Shown here: positions 25,714 through 32,000 of the stretch, piece after piece
Numbering within the stretch: position 1 is the stretch's first letter
How the letters are laid out: each line of letters opens with the position of its first letter
DNA from: Sinorhizobium meliloti
Lineage (GTDB): Bacteria; Pseudomonadota; Alphaproteobacteria; Rhizobiales; Rhizobiaceae
DNA length: 32,000 nt
Direction: 5' to 3'
NCBI RefSeq assembly: GCF_017876815.1
Contig: NZ_JAGIOS010000004.1
Coordinates: forward strand, 90,001 to 122,000
The notes under the pieces: model-generated
Seen by the model: only the letters and a program-made list of their open reading frames with translations
Database searches by the model: none
Told to the model about the DNA's origin: nothing
Program-made: the position numbers and the translations under genes

Positions 25714-26526
25714 TCAGAAACCATACCGAAGGAGGTGCCCCATACGATAAGGGATGGTGCTGAAGAGCTGCAGCGCCATCTGGGCGGGCGGTGACATCCG
25801 CGCCACCTGGCCGACGTCCCAACCCGAACGATCCTCAATGAGCTGCAGCCCCGGCACCTGCCGCTCCAGCTCTGCCGGGTCGTCGACCGCCCATTGCAGT
25901 CGGGCTCCGGTGGCTCGGATCGCCGGATTGAAGCGCAGTAGCCGGATCGCGATACTGCTATAGGCATCGAAAGCTATCTCGCCTGACGGAAAGTGCCGTG
26001 CGATCCGCCGCAGAACCTGCGAAACCTGGTCGTCCTCCAGATACGGCAGAACGCCCTCGGCGATAATCAAAGTCGGTCTGTCGGCGGGAAGTCTCTCGAT
26101 CCAGTCGCGCTCGACAATCGAGCAGGCGATCGTTACGCAGCCCGTACGGTCGGGATAGACCCGTTCGCGCAAAGAGATGACATCGGGAACATCCAGTTCG
26201 AACCAGCGAACTCTCGGCCCGGGATCGATCCGGAAGATGCGACTGTCGAGACCGCAGCCGAGATGCAGAACAGTGGCCCCCTCCGGGAAGCGCTGGAGGA
26301 ATGCCTCGGTCCAGCGATCAAGAATATAGGCCCGCAGCGCGATGCCGATAGTCATGTCGTGACCAATCTCAAGGTGCCGACTATCCGGATCGAGACGGTG
26401 CAAAGCATCTGCGGCAAAACGATCTCGAAGCAGTGAATCCGGCATGGCGCTTTCGGCTGCCTTGGCCTGGAGCGTGATGAGCAGGGTCTCTCTTGCGCCT
26501 GTGAGGCGGATTTTCTCCGGATGCAC
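25714..26526 (-). CDS. Class I SAM-dependent methyltransferase (leucine carboxyl / TcmP-like O-methyltransferase family)
   Basis: It has EKIRLTGARETLLITLQAKAAES, VLHLGCGLDSR (motif I) and IIAEGVLPYL. GTG 26526 has GGAGGAA 3 nt upstream; the TTG at 26538 in the ORF track is less likely. Confidence 0.78.
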   Translation of the reverse strand: MHPEKIRLTGARETLLITLQAKAAESAMPDSLLRDRFAADALHRLDPDSRHLEIGHDMTIGIALRAYILDRWTEAFLQRFPEGATVLHLGCGLDSRIFRIDPGPRVRWFELDVPDVISLRERVYPDRTGCVTIACSIVERDWIERLPADRPTLIIAEGVLPYLEDDQVSQVLRRIARHFPSGEIAFDAYSSIAIRLLRFNPAIRATGARLQWAVDDPAELERQVPGLQLIEDRSGWDVGQVARMSPPAQMALQLFSTIPYRMGHLLRYGF

Positions 26527-26539
26527 GGCTTCCTCCAAG

Positions 26540-26675
26540 TTACGCGGCCGTCCTGGTTTGCGAAGACATTCACCGCCGGGAATTCCAGCGCCCTTGCGGC
26601 GCCCCGGCTCACTTCGTCTTGGAAGCGGCGTATGTTGCGGAAAGGATCTGCGCCATATAGCATTCGTGCGACCAT
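26540..26675 (-). pseudogene. N-terminal fragment of a small heat-shock protein (Hsp20 / class B-like)
   Basis: A strong GAGGAGGAG site precedes ATG 26675. The product MVARMLYGADPFRNIRRFQDEVSRGAARALEFPAVNVFANQDGRV matches sHSP N-termini (DPFRxxxRxQDE...FPxVNVW). The alpha-crystallin core (AELPG...) is missing, and similarity stops where the methyltransferase gene begins. Confidence 0.55.
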
Positions 26676-27023
26676 GGTCTCCTCCTCAGAAGGCCGCCCC
26701 CCCAAGGCCCTCGGCTTGCCTCGATACCACGTGGGCCATCCGCTCTTCACCGCCGGATGGCCTGACGTGTTGAAGATTGCTCCCAAAGGGCGGGTTTCGC
26801 AAGATCGAACCCTCTTGACATACTTCGCCATTTGCCCCCCTCTCGAGGATACGTTAAGTCGCTGCTATGGCAATCGAAACCGGGCGATCATGGACGGGCG
26901 CGCCCGTGGTGCAACGGGCCCACCATCGACACGATGATCGTCCGGACCCACTTTGGCAAAATGTCGCTGCATGCCGTGCGTAGAGCGTGAATGATTTTGG
27001 CGATTGCGGTTATGCTTGCGGCA

Positions 27024-27046
27024 CCGCCCCCAGGAGGTGGGGGCGG
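27024..27046 (+). promoter_or_regulatory. GC-rich hairpin CCGCCCCCA-GGAGG-TGGGGGCGG in the cbpA leader
   Basis: This is a perfect 9-bp stem with a 5-nt GGAGG loop. An ATG at 27048 follows 1 nt after the stem and opens a 29-codon ORF out of frame with cbpA. The hairpin lies 45 nt upstream of the cbpA ATG. Confidence 0.3.
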
Positions 27047-27090
27047 AATGGTCGATATGATTGAGGCGCGGTTGCGATGGGATCAGGTGC

Positions 27091-28008
27091 ATGAAGGACC
27101 CGTACGAGACGCTCGGCGTAACTCGCTCTGCGACTGACAAGGAGATTAAGGACGCATTCAAGAAGCTGGCGCGCAAGTTCCATCCCGATCTGCATCCGAG
27201 CGACAAAGAGGCCGAAGCTAAGTTCAAGGACATCTCGGCTGCCAGTGACCTGCTCAAGGACAAGGAGAAGCGGCGGAGGTTCGATGCGGGCGAGATCGAT
27301 GCCAGCGGAGCGGAGCGACCGCAAGAGCGGTTCTATCGCGACTTCGCCGACGGGCCCGTCTACGCCTCGCATGCAGCGCAAGACGGGTTTGCCGGTAACG
27401 AGGACCTGGAAGAATTTCTGGCGCGCGCGTTCGCGGCGGGGGGACAACGGTCACAGGGCACTTCGCGGGCGCGCGGCCAGGATGTGAGTTACGTGCTGCC
27501 GGTTCGGTTTCTGGAAGTGGCCAACGGCGCCGCTCGCACGCTTATGCTGCCTGAGGGCAAGACGCTGCAGGTGACTATTCCGGAGGGTGCCGACGACCGG
27601 CAGATGCTGCGGCTGAAAGGTCAAGGAATGCCGGGCTTCGGCGGCGGGTCGGCGGGAGACGCCTACGTTGAGCTTCATGTCGAGCCGCATCCGTTCTTCC
27701 ACCGCAAGGACGATAACATTCACGTAGAGGTTCCGGTCACTCTGAAGGAGGCGGCGCTGGGCGCGCGAATCGAGGTTCCGACCATAAGCGGCCTGGTGAC
27801 GATGACTATCCCGAAGGGCTCGAACACGGGCAAAGTGATGCGACTGCGCGACAGGGGCATTCGCAACCGCAAGACCGGGCAACGCGGACATCAACTGATC
27901 ACCCTGAAAGTCGTTCTGCCCGCAGCCGACGAGCCTGAGCTGACAGGGTTCCTGGAGACCTGGCAGCCGAAAGTCGCACAGGAACCGCGCAAGGAGATGT
28001 TCACATGA
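27091..28008 (+). CDS. cbpA: DnaJ-like co-chaperone without a zinc finger (CbpA type)
   Basis: The J domain is DPYETLGVTRSATDKEIKDAFKKLARKFHPDLHP with HPD. There is no CxxCxGxG repeat. The C-terminal substrate-binding domains include GQDVSYVLPVRFLE and GDAYVELHVEPHPFF. Confidence 0.85.
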   Translation: MKDPYETLGVTRSATDKEIKDAFKKLARKFHPDLHPSDKEAEAKFKDISAASDLLKDKEKRRRFDAGEIDASGAERPQERFYRDFADGPVYASHAAQDGFAGNEDLEEFLARAFAAGGQRSQGTSRARGQDVSYVLPVRFLEVANGAARTLMLPEGKTLQVTIPEGADDRQMLRLKGQGMPGFGGGSAGDAYVELHVEPHPFFHRKDDNIHVEVPVTLKEAALGARIEVPTISGLVTMTIPKGSNTGKVMRLRDRGIRNRKTGQRGHQLITLKVVLPAADEPELTGFLETWQPKVAQEPRKEMFT

Positions 28009-28355
28009 TGCGCGTTGATGACCTTGTTACAGCGATAGCTGCGCTGCAACGCAGCGATCTCGAAGCCTGGATCCGCGACGAACTTGTTGTGCCGCGGCAG
28101 GAAGTCGGATCGTTGCTCTTCACGGAGATGGAATGCGCGCGTGTCCGCCTGATCTGCACGCTGCGCTATGAGCTCGAGATCGACACGGACACGCTCCCTA
28201 TCGTAGTGTCGCTGATCGACCAGCTCTACGACACCCGCCAGCGCCTGTTGTCACTGACCGCCGCCATGGCGGCGCAGGACAAGACCGTTCAGGCCGCGAT
28301 CATCGCTGCGCTGGAGCGGGATGAAGGGAGTTCTACGGCACGAAATGTGACCTGA
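28005..28355 (+). CDS. cbpM: Chaperone modulatory protein CbpM-like (MerR-type fold)
   Basis: It is about 116 aa, overlaps cbpA as ATGA, and has blocks FTEMECARVRLICTLRYELEIDTDTLPIVVSLIDQLY typical of CbpM partners. Confidence 0.7.
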   Translation: MMRVDDLVTAIAALQRSDLEAWIRDELVVPRQEVGSLLFTEMECARVRLICTLRYELEIDTDTLPIVVSLIDQLYDTRQRLLSLTAAMAAQDKTVQAAIIAALERDEGSSTARNVT

Positions 28356-28531
28356 TCCGCCAAACGTTGGACCTGAGCCGTGCTCGCCTGCGCGTCCTCG
28401 ACCAGCTTGATAATCGGGGACAGGGCGGTGTCCTTTCCGACGCGCGTCGCCGTGAAGCACAACAGACCGCTCTGATTCAAAGTGCCGCCAATCAGATTAT
28501 GACCAAGCGTCTTTTCGACCGGCATCGACAG
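28356..28531 (-). pseudogene. Fragment of a heavy-metal P-type ATPase (CopA/ActP-like, actuator/TM4 region)
   Basis: SMPVEKTLGHNLIGGTLNQSGLLCFTATRVGKDTALSPIIKLVEDAQASTAQVQRLADQV matches the conserved ESMPVEK...GGTxNxxG...VGxDTxLxxIIxLVExAQ...QRLAD stretch. Both ends are cut, the 3' end by the cbpM stop region. Confidence 0.65.
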
Positions 28532-28871
28532 CTGGCAGTACGCCGAGGTAGACGGCCAGATTACCGACGACCCGGTAGTTCTCGTCTTCGGACCCAGCCG
28601 AGGCGTGAGATGACGCGAATGCGGTCATGAACGCGATGGCAAGGAGAGTCAGCAGGTATTGCCGCCACACCGACCGATACTCGCGCGCCAGAGCAACTGC
28701 GGTCGCTTCAGTCCGGTATCCTGCTGAATGCAGCATGTCCGTTCTCCTCATCGAAAGACCCGGCATTTGGCGAAACCTCTGCTATTTCCTCAGCTTTCAA
28801 CGTCTCCACAATGAACCTGAGTTTTGGCAGGCAACTTTGATGCCGATCAAGAAAGCGCCCCGCTCGGGACG

Positions 28872-28982
28872 GGCGACTGCGGTTGCGGTGCGCTCATTGT
28901 CGCCCGTCAGGAGGATGACCTCGATCCCTTCGCTGCGCAGTGCCGCAATCGCCTCTTTCGCCTCGGGCTTGAGCGTATCGGC
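28872..28982 (-). pseudogene. Second P-type ATPase fragment (P-domain, TGDN hinge)
   Basis: ADTLKPEAKEAIAALRSEGIEVILLTGDNERTATAVA is the conserved region around the TGDN motif. It is not contiguous with the fragment at 28356-28531. Confidence 0.6.
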
Positions 28983-29039
28983 GACGGGAACCAGTGTCAC
29001 CGACAGCAGCGCGGCGGCGGCCATCGCAAACGTTTTGGT

Positions 29040-29195
29040 AGAGGCGAGCGGACCAAGACGCCCCACGGAAGGCGATTCTGTGCGACATTCAGATATTCCC
29101 AGCACGCGGCTGCGTGCCCAGTAGGGACCGGCGCCGTCGTCGAAGATCACATAGACGAAGGAGAAGCCGCGCACGCCCAAGGTACCGGCAACCAT
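29040..29195 (-). pseudogene. Fragment of a CusA/CzcA-type RND heavy-metal efflux pump
   Basis: GFSFVYVIFDDGAGPYWARSRVL...GRLGPLA matches the conserved N-terminal periplasmic-loop block of CusA-like pumps (FGFSFVYVIFEDGTDxYWARSRVLE...LGPDA). It is fused in frame to unrelated fragments. Confidence 0.55.
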
Positions 29196-29314
29196 CGCGG
29201 TGCCGTCGCGCTTCGAGTGATACTTGCCGACATCTGCGGAGCGCCTTCTTGACCCATGTCATGGTGTTGGGATCGAGGCCATGCTACGTTTCAGTTATAG
29301 AGGTGGAGCGAGAC

Positions 29315-29626
29315 GTGGAAAGCAAGTCCTTGGCATCATCTGAGTGGTACTCCTATTTTGCCGGTGTTGGCAAAACTTTGTACGGCAAAAGGGTTCACAT
29401 CGAAATCGTTGACGCCGCCCTGGGCGACCAGGTCCTCGTGGGCTCTTTGTTGTTGGTGGGAATAACGTATGAGCCGAAACGAAATATGCTTGAGATCCTC
29501 CTGGAGGGCCTCGACCACCTCATCGAGAAGCCCAAGGCGATCTCGGTCCAAGAAGATAGCGGAACGCCGGTTGCCTTGGAGATTATCGATCGGGAGGGCC
29601 GGCATCAGATCGTGACCCTCGCCTGA
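29315..29626 (+). CDS. DUF5335-like small protein
   Basis: SEWYSYFAGVGKTLYGKRVHIEIVDAALGDQVLVGSLLLVGITYEPKRNMLEILLEGLDHLIEKPKAISVQEDSGTPVALEIIDREGRHQIVTL follows the DUF5335 pattern as I recall it. GTG 29315 is preceded by GGAG; GTG 29303 is an alternative. The upstream part of ORF 29114..29626 is Arg-rich shadow. Confidence 0.65.
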   Translation: MESKSLASSEWYSYFAGVGKTLYGKRVHIEIVDAALGDQVLVGSLLLVGITYEPKRNMLEILLEGLDHLIEKPKAISVQEDSGTPVALEIIDREGRHQIVTLA

Positions 29627-29701
29627 AGGTGGCGGTTTCCTGCGCGCAAGGCGTCGATAGACCGCGATGTATGGAACCTTCCCTACTCGGAAAACGATAC
29701 T

Positions 29702-30192
29702 TTATGCCTCCCCGTTACGCTCAAGATCGTACTGTCCGACAAGCCAGACGACCGGCTGACGGCATTCGTCAAAGCGTCGGAACTCGGGCCGCGACTTGCG
29801 GATTTCGTCATCGTCAACATACTTCTTCCGCCCCTTGTAGACGCCTTCAGCTTTCGCCGCGTCGATACCTGCTCTTTGCCGGTCCTTGATGAACTTGAGT
29901 TCCATGTCGGCGACCATGCCGAGGATGGTGATGACCATTCGCCCCATGCTTCCGGCCGTCGTGACTTCGGGTTCAAGGACACGAGGGATGCGCCCTTTTT
30001 GTCAAGCTCATGAACGAGATTGAGAACGTCGCGGGTGGAGCGGCCAAGCCGATCAAGCCGCAGCACCACCAGCTCGTCGCCCGCATGCAGAAACTGCATG
30101 ATGGTTTCCAACTCGGACCGGCCCTTTCGGGACAACGGGCCGGACATAAATCCCTTCGAGGAATAGAACGGGCGAGCTCTGCATCCATTCAC
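29702..30192 (-). pseudogene. Decayed serine recombinase (resolvase/invertase family)
   Basis: GDELVVLRLDRLGRSTRDVLNLVHELDKKGASL is in one frame and MGRMVITILGMVADMELKFIKDRQRAGIDAAKAEGVYKGRK in another, with the shift near 29950-29970. The catalytic-Ser N-terminus is interrupted by a stop, and the C-terminal HTH is also out of frame. Confidence 0.7.
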
Positions 30193-30472
30193 ATAATCAT
30201 GTCGCGAACCGGCGTTTACCTAGTCAATCCCACAAGCGATGTTCGCACAACGTTCTTCGAGTTGGCCAAAATCAGCTTCGGGCCGACTGGGCCCATTAGC
30301 ATGGACAAAGTGACGGGGCGTGAAGCGCTTGTGAGTTAGTTCTTTGTCAGGCTGCTATTCAGCGAATGGCCTCGAACCATGGGCTTGCGGAATATGGTCT
30401 ACCTGCTCGACCCAAGGTAGCCAGCAGAATTGTCATTCGCCCGAAGACTATCTGATGCATGCGCCAACGAAC

Positions 30473-31048
30473 CTATATGTTCCGATCGATGAGAAGGCCT
30501 GCGAGCAGGTCGATCTGTTGCTGCTGCTTTTCAACCAGCGATTTTAGTTCAATGTCACGCATCTGATCCAGCTTGTCATGCAGCGCCATGATCTCAATTT
30601 CCGCCTTCAGATTGACCTCATAATCGTGTGCCGCATCGACCCTGTCTTTGACCGAGTGCCTATTCTGGCTCATCATGATCACGGGTGCCTGAACGGCAGC
30701 CAGCATCGATAGAATGAGATTGAGAAAGATGAAGGGATAAGGATCGAAGGCGGGGGTAGTTGCAAGTAGATTCACACCGACCCAGAGCGCGAGTGCCAGC
30801 GCGAAGATCATGATGAAGGTCCACGAGCCGCCGAACTCGGCCACTTTGTCCGCCAAACGCTGCCCGGACGTCAGCTTCTCATCAAAAGAGCGATTCGAGT
30901 CCCGCGTTATCGCGCGCCGGGCGACGTGGCGCCGAAAAACTGCGCGTTCCCGATCGGTAAGCAACTCGACCGGCCTTCCCAGATAGCGGCTCGCACTGTC
31001 GGCAATCTCTTGCGGTTCGTCGATGTTGTCTTCTGTTTCCATGGACAT
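30473..31048 (-). CDS. DUF1003 family membrane protein
   Basis: The blocks FGGSWTFIMIFALALALWVGVN, FDPYPFIFLNLILSMLAAVQAPVIMMSQNR and DYEVNLKAEIEIMALHDKLD match DUF1003. ATG 31048 has GGAGGAA 3 nt upstream; ATG 31060 is an alternative start. Confidence 0.8.
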   Translation of the reverse strand: MSMETEDNIDEPQEIADSASRYLGRPVELLTDRERAVFRRHVARRAITRDSNRSFDEKLTSGQRLADKVAEFGGSWTFIMIFALALALWVGVNLLATTPAFDPYPFIFLNLILSMLAAVQAPVIMMSQNRHSVKDRVDAAHDYEVNLKAEIEIMALHDKLDQMRDIELKSLVEKQQQQIDLLAGLLIDRNI

Positions 31049-31211
31049 AGCTTCCTCCATGCCGTCGTCTTAGGCGCACCACCAATTGCAGCCTAAATCG
31101 CCTGTTCCGCAACGGCGCAACAGTCGCACGCAAAACGATCACTCCAATGCTTGAACCATTACTCCACCAGCCTTTTGCGTCAGGTTGGCGATGATCCGCG
31201 CAAGGAAGGAA

Positions 31212-31242
31212 GATCTGAGCCTGGTTCAAAAGGGCTCAGATC
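31212..31242. other. Perfect 10-bp stem-loop GATCTGAGCC-N11-GGCTCAGATC
   Basis: The stem-loop is seen directly, in the intergenic region between DUF1003 and groEL. No adjacent U-run is present on the plus strand, and a C/U-rich run follows on the minus strand. A near-palindrome GTAAAATTGGAATTTTAC follows at about 31247-31264. Confidence 0.35.
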
Positions 31243-31537
31243 AGCACGGTAAAATTGGAATTTTACTCCGCTTTTCAACCGGGTAATCCGGACTCAGTGA
31301 GGTTTACCCGAATGAGCTGCGCTGATGCGATCGAGAGGCGGTGGCGATTTGACAATTTGAACATTATCCCGCCGGCGTTTATCTCGAGGTGAATACGGCA
31401 GCCGCAGGAACAGATTCTCGAAACGCTGGGCGATCGATGTCTTGCTGCTGCTCTGCAAGGCCACTGGAATTCTCCCTGTCGGTTGCTGTTGGGCTCCGCC
31501 GCCCGGCCGTGCTGACCGAACGGTTCAGGGACTGTTC

Positions 31538-32000
31538 TCAGTATCCCATCCCGCCCATGTCGCCGTTACCGGCCGACCGGGCAGATTCTCTTGAGGGGAT
31601 GTCGGCGATCATCGCTTCGGCAGTGATCAGAAGTGCCGCGATTGAGCCGGCGTCCTGCAAAGCGGTCCGCACGACCTTCGCCGGGTCGACGATGCCGGCC
31701 TTGATCATGTCGACATAGGTCTCCGTCTGCGCGTCAAAGCCCTGGTTGTAATCCCTGCCGTCGGTGAGTTTTCCCACGACGATCGAACCTTCGACACCGG
31801 CGTTCTCGGCGATCTGCCGGATCGGGGTTTCAAGCGCCCTGAGCACGATCGAGATGCCCGCCGTGACGTCCGCATTCGCTCCGGCCAGTCCGACCAGGAC
31901 CGACCTGGCGCGTAACAGGGCAACGCCACCGCCAGGAACAATGCCTTCCTCAGCCGCGGCGCGCGTGGCGTTCAGCGCATCGTCGATGCGGTCCTTCTTT
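31538..32000 (-). CDS. groEL: Chaperonin GroEL, C-terminal part (continues beyond the window)
   Basis: [31 protein letters not shown]...[27 protein letters not shown]...[33 protein letters not shown] and the GDMGGMGY tail are unmistakable. The frame is open to base 32000. Confidence 0.95.
   Translation of the reverse strand, partial: KKDRIDDALNATRAAAEEGIVPGGGVALLRARSVLVGLAGANADVTAGISIVLRALETPIRQIAENAGVEGSIVVGKLTDGRDYNQGFDAQTETYVDMIKAGIVDPAKVVRTALQDAGSIAALLITAEAMIADIPSRESARSAGNGDMGGMGY

Noticed and set aside
26676-26880. ROSE-type RNA thermometer in the leader of the hsp20 fragment
   Set aside because: The leader contains hairpins (for example CCATCCG-N11-CGGATGG), but I found no U(U/C)GCU-type anti-SD stretch positioned to pair with the GAGGAGGAG ribosome site. 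The putative leader would also be about twice the usual ROSE length.
31389-31941. ORFs 31389..31718 (+) and 31705..31941 (-)
   Set aside because: Both overlap the GroEL coding frame, one antisense and one out of frame, and neither has features of its own.
31538-32000. CIRCE operator for the groE operon
   Set aside because: CIRCE lies upstream of groES, which is beyond the right edge of the window. No TTAGCACTC-N9-GAGTGCTAA was seen in the window.
1-32000. CRISPR arrays, tRNA or rRNA genes, long tandem repeats
   Set aside because: I saw no regularly spaced direct repeats, no cloverleaf-like conserved tRNA boxes and no rRNA-like segments while reading both strands. The only short repeats are the operator-like ones listed as features.

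Overview
This is high-GC Rhizobiaceae-type repABC plasmid DNA, about 60 percent GC by eye with a few clearly AT-richer inserts. The window divides into four blocks. (1) 1-2250 is the replication block. It holds the 3' part of repB, a repB-repC intergenic region with a parS-like palindrome and a candidate counter-transcribed RNA, and repC with an internal AT-rich candidate oriV. (2) 2257-9022 is a stability, defence and mobility patch. It contains an AbiEii-family nucleotidyltransferase toxin with an unusually short upstream partner. It also contains a translationally coupled operon of Phd antitoxin, VapC, a second Phd-like protein and a tyrosine recombinase. A lone AT-richer 492-aa gene follows, whose C-terminus carries an ordered RecB/Cas4-like PD-(D/E)xK motif set; this is my top candidate for an undescribed system. 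The patch ends with a 1340-bp IS256-family element that has no target-site duplication. (3) 9229-25541 is sulfur-themed. It starts with a TauD/AtsK-type dioxygenase followed by a sulfonate-type ABC importer in which all three genes are frameshifted. Next come cysD/nodP and a bifunctional cysN-cysC/nodQ (PAPS synthesis) with an AT-rich family-2 sulfotransferase, then a decayed integrase. The block closes with a LysR regulator divergent from a cytoplasmic Cys-type sulfatase and a sugar-type ABC importer whose ATPase is reduced to a stub. (4) 25714-32000 is a stress patch. It holds a SAM methyltransferase abutting a truncated hsp20, cbpA-cbpM, debris of copper/RND efflux genes, DUF5335, a decayed serine recombinase, DUF1003 and the 3' end of groEL. 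I saw no rRNA, tRNA or CRISPR array. All family assignments come from reading motifs in the supplied translations, because no database search was possible.
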